Made by a program: the position numbers and the translations under genes. A DNA stretch of 64,000 nt from Candidatus Daviesbacteria bacterium (GTDB taxonomy: Bacteria > Patescibacteriota > Microgenomatia > Daviesbacterales > UBA10151), in NCBI GenBank assembly GCA_028715175.1, contig JAQUSJ010000001.1, positions 148,356 through 212,355 on the forward strand, in the 5' to 3' direction. Shown here piece after piece: positions 9,312-18,606 of the stretch (positions within the stretch are counted from its first letter, which is position 1; every line of letters starts with the position of its first letter). Below the pieces are notes generated by a model, which worked only from the letters and a program-made list of their open reading frames with translations, made no database searches and was not told the origin of the DNA.

Positions 9312-11522
9312 ATGAGCTTTCTAAGTAACCTCGCTAATCTATTACCAATTGGTAAAAAAGAAGAAACGAAGGAATATTTTTTTGCGCTTAATATCGGAAC
9401 GGAAACTTTGACGGCCGCTCTTTGGGTTATTGAAGGTTTAAACTTAAAAATTTTAGAAACAGCTTCAGATAATTACTCTTCGAATGATGATATTGCGACT
9501 GTTACGGATAAACTTTTGGATGCTGTCTTAGGCTTAAAAGAGGTTGAACCCCAAAAAATTCTCTTTGGTGTACCAAATTCCTGGATTGCGGATGAAAATC
9601 TAAAAGACGAGTATTTAAAGATTCTTAAAAGTTTAGTGAAAGAATTGGAACTGGTTCCAATGGCATACGTCGCTACAAGTCATGCCTTAATTCATTTCTT
9701 GGAGAAACAAGAAGGTGTTCCGACAACTGCCATACTGGTTGGTTTTGAGAAGCAACATCTAACCGTAATTGTGGTTCGGGCAGGGAAACTTGATGGTGTA
9801 AGAGTTATAGCGAGAGGAGAAACTGCCGGTTCGGATATAGAAAAAGCGCTACTTGCATTCACGGATGTGGAGACCTTACCTTCTAAGATTTTAATTTATG
9901 GGGAGCAAACTGAAAATTTAAAAAGCCAACTATTGTCTTTTTCCTGGATGTCAAAACTTTCTTTCCTGCATCTTCCCAAAATAGATGTTTTGGGAGACGA
10001 TGCTCCGATTAAAAGTGTTTGTTTGGCCGGAGGATCGGAGATAAACAGTGATATTAAATTTACCGAGCAGCATATTCAGAAGTCCCCTGTCAAATCGACC
10101 TTGATTGATACCGGTGAGGAAGAGATCAAGAACAAGATTGAGGTGGATGATTCTGCTGCCCAAGAAAATTTCGGATTTGTTGTCGGGGATGTTTCGAATC
10201 AGAAAAAATCAGCCCCGATTGAATCTGGGTTAAAGAGTCAAGAGACCGGTGAGTCAGAAGAACTTGTGGTTTCGCAAGAGCATGCTTTAGAAGTTGAAGA
10301 TTTTGAGCAAGAAATGCCCGTAACAAGCGAATCTCCAAAAGAAATACATAAAGAAAAATTTAATCTCAAACGATTTATCCCAAAGCAAAATTTTACAACT
10401 ATGACTATAATTATCGGGGTAATTCTGGCACTGGTTTTGATTGGGGGCGCTTATGTTTTTCTACCAAAAGCAAACATGAAGATTTTTGTAGAACCGAAGA
10501 TTGTAGAACGGGATACCCAAGTTGTGGCTGATCCAAATCAAAAAACCGTTAACGAAGACGGGAAAATCATTCCGGGACAGATTATCGAGACGGAGGTATC
10601 CGGATCGGCAAAAGACAGTGCTTCCGGTAAAAGACAGATTGGCGATCCGGCAAAAGGGACGATTGTGCTTTACAATAAAACTTTAGATTCCATCTCTTTG
10701 AGTAAGGGAACACAAGTTAGTAAAGGGAGTATAAAATTTACACTGGATACCAGTGTAACAATTGCCTCATCGTCCGCCAGTGATACCGGAATTGCTTTTG
10801 GTAAAGTTAATACTACAGTTACAGCAGTAGCAGTCGGAGCTGACGGAAATATTTCATCAGGTGCGGATATAACGGTTGCGGGATATTCATCGGATAAATT
10901 AACGGCAAAATCAGAAGGTAATTTTTCCGGAGGAACCTCTAAGGATGTAACTGTTGTTTCAAGTGAGGATACTCAGCGACTTCTGGCCAAGTTATCTTCG
11001 GATTTAAGGCAACAAGCTCAACAGAAATTACAGGAGAAATATCCTAACAAGAAAATTCTGGAAGAAGCGCTGTCGGAACAAATTACCAGTAAAAGCTATA
11101 ACAAAAATGTTAATGATCAGGCAAGTGAATTTTCGCTAAATATGACCATTCGTTATAAAGGTACGGCGTTTGATGATAATGATCTTAAATCAATTGTTTC
11201 AAAGTTAGTAAATATGCAAGTGCCTGATGGTTTTAAGCTTGATATTTCGGCAACCGAAACCCAGGCAGATGTTTCTAAGCTGGAAAAGGACGGGAAGTTG
11301 ATATTTTTAGCAAGGTTTAAGGCAAAATTAATACCCAAGATCGATATGGATAAAATTAAAGATAAGATTAAATTTAAGAGTTACTCTGAAGCTACGAACA
11401 TTATTAAAGAAATGGAGAATGTTTTGGGTTCCGAAATTAATATAACTCCTGCTTTACCGAAAGCGATTCAACGACTGCCAATACTTTCAAAAAATATCAC
11501 GATTGAGGTGGGACTTAAATGA
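9312..11522 (+). CDS. Membrane protein with degenerate actin-like (FtsA/PilM-type) N-region and extracellular baseplate-J-like C-domain
   Basis: N-terminus ALNIGTETLTAALW, acidic linker, single TM (~aa 362-384), then AKGTIVLYN...GTQV...VTAVAVGADGNI...FSGG resembling baseplate J/gp47 domains. Family assignment is from pattern recognition only. Confidence 0.55.
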   Translation: MSFLSNLANLLPIGKKEETKEYFFALNIGTETLTAALWVIEGLNLKILETASDNYSSNDDIATVTDKLLDAVLGLKEVEPQKILFGVPNSWIADENLKDEYLKILKSLVKELELVPMAYVATSHALIHFLEKQEGVPTTAILVGFEKQHLTVIVVRAGKLDGVRVIARGETAGSDIEKALLAFTDVETLPSKILIYGEQTENLKSQLLSFSWMSKLSFLHLPKIDVLGDDAPIKSVCLAGGSEINSDIKFTEQHIQKSPVKSTLIDTGEEEIKNKIEVDDSAAQENFGFVVGDVSNQKKSAPIESGLKSQETGESEELVVSQEHALEVEDFEQEMPVTSESPKEIHKEKFNLKRFIPKQNFTTMTIIIGVILALVLIGGAYVFLPKANMKIFVEPKIVERDTQVVADPNQKTVNEDGKIIPGQIIETEVSGSAKDSASGKRQIGDPAKGTIVLYNKTLDSISLSKGTQVSKGSIKFTLDTSVTIASSSASDTGIAFGKVNTTVTAVAVGADGNISSGADITVAGYSSDKLTAKSEGNFSGGTSKDVTVVSSEDTQRLLAKLSSDLRQQAQQKLQEKYPNKKILEEALSEQITSKSYNKNVNDQASEFSLNMTIRYKGTAFDDNDLKSIVSKLVNMQVPDGFKLDISATETQADVSKLEKDGKLIFLARFKAKLIPKIDMDKIKDKIKFKSYSEATNIIKEMENVLGSEINITPALPKAIQRLPILSKNITIEVGLK

Positions 11523-12175
11523 TTGCTACCCTCCGCCGGTCCCAGGGGAAACTCATTTCAAGTCTATTTTTATCAGTCGGAATCTTTCTTTTGATACAAG
11601 TTATTGCACCACTTGTATCGTTTGAGGTATGGGCGATTGGACAGAAAATAAATAGCCGGACTTTGGTTAGTCCTGTTAAATCAAGCGAGCAAATTCCAGG
11701 TGTTTCAGTGCAAGATCGGAATAATTTTCCTGCTTTTATTTCTTCTTTGAAGAGGGAGACTCAACCCAATTATGATCGGTTTAGCTTGTCTATTCCAAAA
11801 TTAAAGATCGAAAGACAAGATGTTTTAGTTGATACGAATTATCTCTCGGAGAACCTGGCTCATCTGTCGGGATCTGCTTTGCCGGGCGAGAAAGGTAATG
11901 TATTTATTTCCGGCCATTCTGCACTAAGTCAATTTTCCGTTATAAAAAGTGTCCCTTTTTCAAAACTACCTGAATTAAAAAAGGGCGATCAAATTATTGT
12001 TGAAACTTCCGGGTCAGAGTTTATCTATGAAGTTTCCGATTTTAAAGTTGTTGATCCGACAGATTTATCCGTTGTAGAAGCACCGGAAACTCAAGGTAGA
12101 TACATTTCTTTGATGACTTGTGTACCACCAGGTTTAAACCTAAAGCGACTGGTTGTTTTAGGGAAAATGATATAA
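11519..12175 (+). CDS. Sortase
   Basis: N-terminal TM, LSIPKLKI, HLSGSALPGEKGNVFISGH (His), LMTCVPPG (Cys), KRLVV (Arg). Confidence 0.9.
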   Translation: MIATLRRSQGKLISSLFLSVGIFLLIQVIAPLVSFEVWAIGQKINSRTLVSPVKSSEQIPGVSVQDRNNFPAFISSLKRETQPNYDRFSLSIPKLKIERQDVLVDTNYLSENLAHLSGSALPGEKGNVFISGHSALSQFSVIKSVPFSKLPELKKGDQIIVETSGSEFIYEVSDFKVVDPTDLSVVEAPETQGRYISLMTCVPPGLNLKRLVVLGKMI

Positions 12176-12176
12176 T

Positions 12177-12259
12177 GGAGTAGCTCGTTACGTACAAAAT
12201 ATGCTAACTTGCTGACTCGTCGATGCACAAAGCCAGCTTACTTGCGACTTCGCTGCTCC
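12177..12259 (+). other. Putative structured RNA or long hairpin of unknown class
   Basis: GGAGTAGC...GCTGCTCC closing stem with G-U wobble, inner TCGT/GCGA and GCTG/CAGC pairings. Non-coding. Confidence 0.35.
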
Positions 12260-12270
12260 TTATAGATTTA

Positions 12271-12430
12271 TAATCACTAGCAGAAAACCCCGCTTTCTTA
12301 AAGCGGGGATGAATGCTAAAGTGATTACAGTCTTCCGCGGAAAGTTCGGTGGAATAAGCAAGGTAGGGTTTTCTGCTGTTCTTGTAAACTTGAAAGGAGA
12401 AAACCGCGGATTTTCAGTCCGCGGAAGTTT
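12271..12430 (+). mobile_element. Putative non-autonomous IS200/IS605-like (PATE/MITE) remnant
   Basis: Two subterminal hairpins, AAAACCCCGCTTT-CTT-AAAGCGGGGATGAATG and AAAACCGCGGA-TTTTCAG-TCCGCGGAAGTTT, resemble IS605-type left and right ends. No tnpA or tnpB between them. Confidence 0.45.
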
Positions 12431-12808
12431 ATGAAGTATCTTGGAATAGATTTTGGAATGAAAAGAATAGGATTGGCAATTTCAGAAGGCGAGCTTGCTT
12501 CTCCGTGGCAGATTTTAGAAGTTAAAGGTTTCTCCGAGACGATAGAAAAAATTTCACAAATTATTGAAAATGGACAATTTCAAAAAATAATTGTAGGATT
12601 ACCTGAGGGGAAAATGGGGCAAAACGTGAGAGGCTTTGTTAAGGCTTTAAACAAAATGGGGATTGAGATAGAAACTATGGATGAAACGTTATCCAGCAAA
12701 AAGGCGCTGCAGGCTATGATTGAGCAAGGTATTGGTGTAAAAAAGCGCCGAAACGAAGATGCTTTTTCAGCTGCAGAAATTTTGCAGGATTATTTGGATA
12801 ATCTATGA
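12431..12808 (+). CDS. ruvX: Holliday junction resolvase-like / pre-16S rRNA nuclease RuvX (YqgF)
   Basis: YLGIDFGMKRIGLAIS, IIVGLP, DETLSS, DAFSAAEILQDYLD. Confidence 0.93.
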   Translation: MKYLGIDFGMKRIGLAISEGELASPWQILEVKGFSETIEKISQIIENGQFQKIIVGLPEGKMGQNVRGFVKALNKMGIEIETMDETLSSKKALQAMIEQGIGVKKRRNEDAFSAAEILQDYLDNL

Positions 12809-13785
12809 GAAAAAAAACCAATAATATAACTTTTATAATCATAATAACTTTTATAATTGTTATAGTGATTTGTGGTTGGTGGAATAGCCAGCTTGTTCCG
12901 GTTTCTTCTGATAAATCTACTAAAGTTTTTGTTATAGCTAAAGGAGTTGGTGTATCGGATATTGCAAAAAAGTTAAAAGAAGAAAATTTGATTAAATCCG
13001 AACTGGTTTTTAAGATTTATATTAAACAAAACAACTTCACTAATAAACTTCAAGCAGGTTCATATAAACTCTCTCCTTCAATGTCTGTACAAGAATTGGT
13101 AAAAAATTTACAAATCGGCAGTGAAGATGTCTGGGTTACGTTAATAGAAGGTTGGCGGCTTGAGGAAATGGCAGATAAGCTAAATGAGCAGTTAAAGATT
13201 GATAAGAAGCAGTTTCTAAAGAGTGCAAAAGAGGGTTATATGTTTCCTGATACATATCTTTTTCCCAAAGAAGCAACAGTAGAGTATGTAACTGATACTT
13301 TGAGAAAAACTTTTGATACTCGTTTAAACTCGGAACTGCGGTCTAAAATCCGTTCTCAGGGATTAACAGAAGAGCAGGGAGTAATTTTGGCGTCAATAGT
13401 TGAAAGAGAAGCCAGATCTGATAAAGCAAGGATGGAAGTTGCCAGTATTTTACTAAAAAGATTTAAGATCGGTATGGGGTTAAATGCTGATGCAACTGTA
13501 CAATATGCTTTGGTTCCAAAGGGATCAGAAAACGCGCCGGCTGACGGATGGTGGAAAAGAAATTTAACTAAAGATGATCTGAAGATAGATTCTCCGTATA
13601 ATACTTATTTGCATTCTGGTTTACCTCCAACCCCAATTTGCAATCCCGGACTTGCATCTTTACAAGCCGTTGCCAATGTCGACCCTTCGACTCCTTATCT
13701 TTATTATTATCATGATTCAAAAGGGGTATCCCATTATGCTAAAACTTTGGAAGAACACAATCAAAACGTAGTCAATTATCCATAA
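12805..13785 (+). CDS. mltG: Endolytic transglycosylase MltG
   Basis: N-terminal TM, LQAGSY, VTLIEGW, EGYMFPDTY, LASIVERE, SPYNTY..GLPPTPICNPG. Confidence 0.95.
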   Translation: MRKKTNNITFIIIITFIIVIVICGWWNSQLVPVSSDKSTKVFVIAKGVGVSDIAKKLKEENLIKSELVFKIYIKQNNFTNKLQAGSYKLSPSMSVQELVKNLQIGSEDVWVTLIEGWRLEEMADKLNEQLKIDKKQFLKSAKEGYMFPDTYLFPKEATVEYVTDTLRKTFDTRLNSELRSKIRSQGLTEEQGVILASIVEREARSDKARMEVASILLKRFKIGMGLNADATVQYALVPKGSENAPADGWWKRNLTKDDLKIDSPYNTYLHSGLPPTPICNPGLASLQAVANVDPSTPYLYYYHDSKGVSHYAKTLEEHNQNVVNYP

Positions 13786-13854
13786 ATACTTTTTCTTCAT
13801 GCTTTTGGCCGCAAAAGCGCGGGAAAACTCTTTTTGTTATACTCAGCAATACTT

Positions 13855-14220
13855 ATGTATAAGTTTTGGGGGAAGATTAAAAAACATAATCAAAGAGGAA
13901 AAAAATTGGGGTTTCCAACAGCTAATATAAATCTTAAAAAAAATATTCCGGAAGGGATTTTCATTTCCAGAACTAAAATTAAAAATAAATTTTATCCTTC
14001 ACTTACCTTTATTGGAATAGCCAAAACTTTTAATGAAAAAAGATTCCACGCTGAAACCTATATTTTGGATTTTGATCAAGATATTTATGGCAAATGGATT
14101 TCTGTAAAACTTTTAAAAAAGATCAGGAATAATAAAAAATTTAATTCTACTAAAGAGCTAATTGTTCAAATAAAAAAAGATACACAAGAAGCTAAGAAAT
14201 ATTTTAGTGAAATTCTTTAA
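13855..14220 (+). CDS. Stand-alone riboflavin kinase
   Basis: RGKKLGFPTAN, ETYILDFDQDIYG, IRNNKKF..KELIVQIKKD; matches only the RFK domain of RibF. Confidence 0.88.
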   Translation: MYKFWGKIKKHNQRGKKLGFPTANINLKKNIPEGIFISRTKIKNKFYPSLTFIGIAKTFNEKRFHAETYILDFDQDIYGKWISVKLLKKIRNNKKFNSTKELIVQIKKDTQEAKKYFSEIL

Positions 14221-14849
14221 AGATCAGCCATTTGTTTCAGTTTTAAACCCGCTGGCGAATCTAAGATTGGTATAATTATTTCGAGATGAGAGTCTAGTAT
14301 TGTAGTGAATCCTATAGGTGAATAATGAAAATAGCTATTTACATTTTGAAATTTTTCATTAAAATTCGCCATATTCTTCTTCAGATTAACCTTAGAAGAT
14401 TTATCAATAATACCAGATACTGTTTCATGAGCCGTCATCAAACGGCTTCTAATATTTAGTAAAAACAGTTCCACGGTATTTCCATAATTAACAATATAAT
14501 TTGCTCTTTCAATATCAAAATAGAATCTATTAATACCATTTATTTGGTCAGAATCCAAATCTTTAATAAATAGATGAGAGTACTTATTCCAATTATTCTG
14601 AGGTAAAATAATTAGTTCTGGTATTTCGTTTGCCTTGTTCCGCGTTTTTAGAGCCTGTATGGCTGTCTCTGCATTTCTTATCTCATTTACTAGAAGAGCG
14701 GCGATCTGCCGTTTCTCTGCATCTTTTTGGCGTTTATAAAGAATTATTGCTCCTGCAACTGTGAATATAGTGGAAAGGCCTACAAAAAAATTAGAATCTA
14801 GGAAACTTTGCCAAATAGAAGAAATGTTTAATGCTGTCCAAAAAGTCAT
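14217..14849 (-). CDS. Hypothetical membrane-anchored helical protein
   Basis: 210-aa ORF with an N-terminal TM; AT-rich; opposite strand to neighbours; preceded by TATAAT. Confidence 0.7.
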   Translation of the reverse strand: MTFWTALNISSIWQSFLDSNFFVGLSTIFTVAGAIILYKRQKDAEKRQIAALLVNEIRNAETAIQALKTRNKANEIPELIILPQNNWNKYSHLFIKDLDSDQINGINRFYFDIERANYIVNYGNTVELFLLNIRSRLMTAHETVSGIIDKSSKVNLKKNMANFNEKFQNVNSYFHYSPIGFTTILDSHLEIIIPILDSPAGLKLKQMADL

Positions 14850-14960
14850 ATTCTTGGGCAGCTGAAGATTATAGTAGCATAATTCAAATAACTGTCAATA
14901 GTACCAATAATTTCCCTCTTGACGATCAGTACCTTGAAACTCCCGAAGTTGCAGGTTATA

Positions 14961-15000
14961 TTTTAAGCAATATTTAGCAAGATTAAGCAATATCTGGCAA
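14961..15000. repeat. Four 10-nt-phased repeats ending GCAA upstream of the rpoB promoter
   Basis: TTTTAAGCAA TATTTAGCAA GATTAAGCAA TATCTGGCAA. Confidence 0.65.
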
Positions 15001-15015
15001 TAAATAATTTGCCTC

Positions 15016-15044
15016 TTGACGAGTGGGTTTCCTTGTGTTAAATT
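15016..15044 (+). promoter_or_regulatory. Sigma70-type promoter of rpoBC
   Basis: TTGACG-17nt-TAAATT with a TGn extended -10. Confidence 0.6.
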
Positions 15045-15148
15045 GAGTTCAATTAAATAGAAAAAATGAAGGCGTACGGGTACGTATGCTTCTTTTTGTT
15101 GATTCTGCCCAATTACGATCAACAAGATCAAAAATAGGCCATCTACTA

Positions 15149-18100
15149 ATGTCATTAAACTTATCTAATACTAAAATTTACGAGCGTAAATATTTTAGCA
15201 AAGCACCTTCTATAGTACCTGAACTTAATTTAATCCAAATTCAGCTAGATTCATATCGTTGGTTTATGCAAACAGGAATCAGGGAGGTTCTTAAAGAGAT
15301 CTCCCCTGTTGAAGACTTCACAGGCAAAAATTGGACCCTGGAACTAGGGTCTTTTTATTTCGGTAAACCCAAATATGCTTCCGAAGAAGCTTCTCTAAAA
15401 GGTGTAACTTATGACGCGCCTCTTAAAATAGAGGCCATTTTAATTAATAAACAAACCGGCCAAAGATACAAACAAGAGGTTTTTTTGGGAGATGTCCCCC
15501 AAATGACAGAGAAGGGCACCTTTATCATTAATGGGGTAGAGAGAGTTATTATTAACCAATTGGTTCGTTCGCCGGGGGTATTTTTTCAAGCATCTGACGA
15601 CCCGATTACCGGAAAAAGATTATTCTCGGCAGAAATACGTCCATATCGGGGTTCATGGCTTGAATTTTCAATAACAAGGGGTGGAGTTTTGACTGCGAAA
15701 ATAGACAGAAGAAGGAAATTTGCCGCGACGACCCTGCTTCGTGCGTTGGGATTTTCCGATAATGAATCAATTATCGCACAATTTACCGATGTTGATACAG
15801 GGGAGGATAAATTCATTGATACAACACTTGCAAAAGATCCGACTACCAATACTGAAGAAGCTTTACTTGAGATTTTCCGAAAAATGCGCCCGGGTGATCC
15901 GGTTGTTTTGGATAATGCAAAAGCGCTTTTGGATGGGATGTTTTTTAATGCCAGACGTTACAACTTAATCAAAGTGGGCAGATACAAGATTAACAAAAGA
16001 TTAAATTTAAATTTACCAAATGTGCCGGAGAATTGGGTTTTAACCAAGGAAGATATAATTGCTACCTTAAAATATCTAATGAAATTAAATTATGGTGAGG
16101 GTAAATTGGATGATATTGATCACCTTGCCAACAGACGCGTCAGGTGTGCCGGAGAATTGGTCCAGCAAAATGCTTTTAGAATTGGAGTGCTCCGGCTTGA
16201 GCGGATTATAAAAGAAAGAATGAGTCTGACTGCTGCTGATCAGGAGGTTTCACCCGGTAGTTTAATTAATGCCAAACCGGTAATCGCCGCAATTAATGAA
16301 TTTTTCCGTTCTTCGCAACTTTCATCTATTCTGGATCAAGTGAATCCTTTATCAGAACTGGATCATTTGAGAAGACTTTCTGTTATGGGGTCAGGAGGCA
16401 TTACAAGAGATAGAGCTTCTTTTTCTGTCCGCGATATTAACCATTCCCAATACGGGAGGATTGATCCGATTAGATCTCCTGAAGGTCAAAATATTGGTTT
16501 GGTTACATATCTGGCGCTTTATGCTCGTATCAACGAATACGGATTTTTGGAAACTCCTTACAGAAAGGTAGTCATGCAGAAAGGTAAACCCAGGGTAACG
16601 AATGAGATTATCTACTTTACTGCAGACGATGAAGAAAATTATCATATTACCGAGGCGACGGTAAATTTAGATGAAAATGGTTATATCCTGGATGAACGGG
16701 TGCCAACCCGTTTCCAGGGGAGTTTTTATGAAGGGTTTGCCAAAGATATTTCATTCATTGATATTTCTCCGCAACAGATTTTCGGAACAAGCGCATCATT
16801 AATTCCATTTTTGGCAAATGATGATGCCAACAGAGCTTTGATGGGTACTCAAATGCAATGTCAGGCTGTTCCACTGCTTCGTCCATCAGCACCCATTGTT
16901 GGTACAGGCATGGAGAGGATCGTTGCTGACAATATGGGTAGAGTTATCAGAGCTCCCGAGGACGGCGTTATAAAATATGTAGACGGCAAAAAACTTATAT
17001 TAAAGACCAAAAAGCAAGAAATCAGCTTCGAAATCAAAAAATTTGTACACTCGCCTCAAGGCACTTGTTACTCTCAGCGGCCTGTTGTTAATGTCGGCAA
17101 TAAGGTTGCCAAAGGCGATCTTTTAATTGATGGAGCAGCGTGTGAGAATGGCGAACTTGCGCTGGGCCAGAATTTGTTAATCGCCTATATGAGTTTCGAA
17201 GGCTTAGGTTATGAAGACGCTATTGTCATTTCAGATCGATTGGTAAAAGAAGATACATTAACTTCAATTCATATTGAAGAATATGAAGTTGATGTTGTTG
17301 AGACCAAATTAGGACCGGAAGAGTTGACAAATGATATTCCAAATGTATCTGAAGAAGCGCTGGTAAACCTGGATGAAAAAGGAATTGTCAGGATCGGCGC
17401 AGAAGTAGGACCAAACGATATTATTATCGGTAAAGTTCAGCCTAAGGGCGAGACTGAACTTACTGCTGAAGAAAGATTACTGCGGGCTATTTTTGGGGAA
17501 AAAGCAAAAGAAGTCAGGGATACCAGTTTGCGGATTCCGCACGGAGAGCGAGGTACTGTTATTGGAGTACAAATTTTATCCCGGGATGAGGGCGACGAGT
17601 TGGATACAGGAACTCTGATGAGAATTAAAGTTAAAGTTGCCCAACTACGGAAAGTAACTGCCGGGGACAAATTGGCAGGCCGTCACGGAAATAAAGGAGT
17701 AATTTCAAAGATTGTTCCTGTTGCTGATATGCCCCATCTTGCAGATGGTACAGCCATAGATATTATTATTTCTCCCTTGTCGGTTTTGTCCCGTATGAAT
17801 CTTGGACAACTGTTGGAGACTCACTGGGGTTTTGCAGCGCAAAAATTAGGTCATAAAATAGCCGCACCTGTTTTTGAAAAAATTCCTGAAGAAAAATTAA
17901 TAGAAGCACTGCAAAAAGCCGGATACCCGACTGATGGTAAAGTACAGCTTTTTGATGGCAGGACAGGTGAACCTTTTGGTAACAAAATTGTGGTAGGTAG
18001 AAATTATATCCTTAAACTGATTCATATGGTTGAGGAAAAGATTCATGCTCGCTCTACAGGTCCGTACTCCTTAGTTACACAGCAGCCTTTGGGTGGAAAG

Positions 18101-18520
18101 GCTCAAATGGGGGGCCAGCGGTTGGGAGAGATGGAAGTTTGGGCTTTGGAAGCATATGGAGCGGCCAATATTCTGCAGGAAATGTTGACTATCAAATCTG
18201 ATGACGTTGTTGGAAGAGCTAAGGCTTTTGAAGCAATTGTTAAGGGAATTGATATACCGCAGGCTTTAATCCCTGAATCTTTCAAGGTATTGGTAAAAGA
18301 GCTCCAAGCTTTAGGTTTATCTGTTGAAACGCTTGGAGCAAAAATAGTCCAGGCGGAGGAGTTGGAAGAAAAACCGGAAGTAGTAGAGGAAGTAGCCGAG
18401 CTTCAGGAAGCGCTCGGAATGCAGCCAACTGCCACCCAGGGAGAACTTGAGGCAGAGGGAAGTCCTTTTGAAGTTGTAGATGCAGGTTCTGAAGTTGAAA
18501 AAGAAAAGGAGGAATCATAG
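15149..18520 (+). CDS. rpoB: RNA polymerase beta subunit
   Basis: GTFIINGVERV, DDIDHLANRRVR, GDKLAGRHGNKG, HARSTGPYSLVTQQPLGGKAQ. The ORF is open from 15086; 15149 is the preferred start. Confidence 0.98.
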   Translation: MSLNLSNTKIYERKYFSKAPSIVPELNLIQIQLDSYRWFMQTGIREVLKEISPVEDFTGKNWTLELGSFYFGKPKYASEEASLKGVTYDAPLKIEAILINKQTGQRYKQEVFLGDVPQMTEKGTFIINGVERVIINQLVRSPGVFFQASDDPITGKRLFSAEIRPYRGSWLEFSITRGGVLTAKIDRRRKFAATTLLRALGFSDNESIIAQFTDVDTGEDKFIDTTLAKDPTTNTEEALLEIFRKMRPGDPVVLDNAKALLDGMFFNARRYNLIKVGRYKINKRLNLNLPNVPENWVLTKEDIIATLKYLMKLNYGEGKLDDIDHLANRRVRCAGELVQQNAFRIGVLRLERIIKERMSLTAADQEVSPGSLINAKPVIAAINEFFRSSQLSSILDQVNPLSELDHLRRLSVMGSGGITRDRASFSVRDINHSQYGRIDPIRSPEGQNIGLVTYLALYARINEYGFLETPYRKVVMQKGKPRVTNEIIYFTADDEENYHITEATVNLDENGYILDERVPTRFQGSFYEGFAKDISFIDISPQQIFGTSASLIPFLANDDANRALMGTQMQCQAVPLLRPSAPIVGTGMERIVADNMGRVIRAPEDGVIKYVDGKKLILKTKKQEISFEIKKFVHSPQGTCYSQRPVVNVGNKVAKGDLLIDGAACENGELALGQNLLIAYMSFEGLGYEDAIVISDRLVKEDTLTSIHIEEYEVDVVETKLGPEELTNDIPNVSEEALVNLDEKGIVRIGAEVGPNDIIIGKVQPKGETELTAEERLLRAIFGEKAKEVRDTSLRIPHGERGTVIGVQILSRDEGDELDTGTLMRIKVKVAQLRKVTAGDKLAGRHGNKGVISKIVPVADMPHLADGTAIDIIISPLSVLSRMNLGQLLETHWGFAAQKLGHKIAAPVFEKIPEEKLIEALQKAGYPTDGKVQLFDGRTGEPFGNKIVVGRNYILKLIHMVEEKIHARSTGPYSLVTQQPLGGKAQMGGQRLGEMEVWALEAYGAANILQEMLTIKSDDVVGRAKAFEAIVKGIDIPQALIPESFKVLVKELQALGLSVETLGAKIVQAEELEEKPEVVEEVAELQEALGMQPTATQGELEAEGSPFEVVDAGSEVEKEKEES

Positions 18521-18602
18521 CTATCAGTCTTCAGCTATCAGCTATCAGACAAAAACAAAAAGTCTGACGACTGACAGCGAAGCGATACTGAAAGCTGATG
18601 AC
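18519..18602. repeat. Inverted heptamer-array hairpin in the rpoB-rpoC spacer
   Basis: GCTATCA GTCTTCA GCTATCA GCTATCA GAC - A-rich loop - GTC TGACGAC TGACAGC ... TGAAAGC TGATGAC. Confidence 0.8.
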
Positions 18603-18606
18603 TATT

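Noticed and set aside
9312-11522. Prophage or contractile injection system suggested by the baseplate-like domain
   Set aside because: No capsid, sheath, tube, terminase or integrase genes nearby; the gene has a TM and sits among housekeeping genes.
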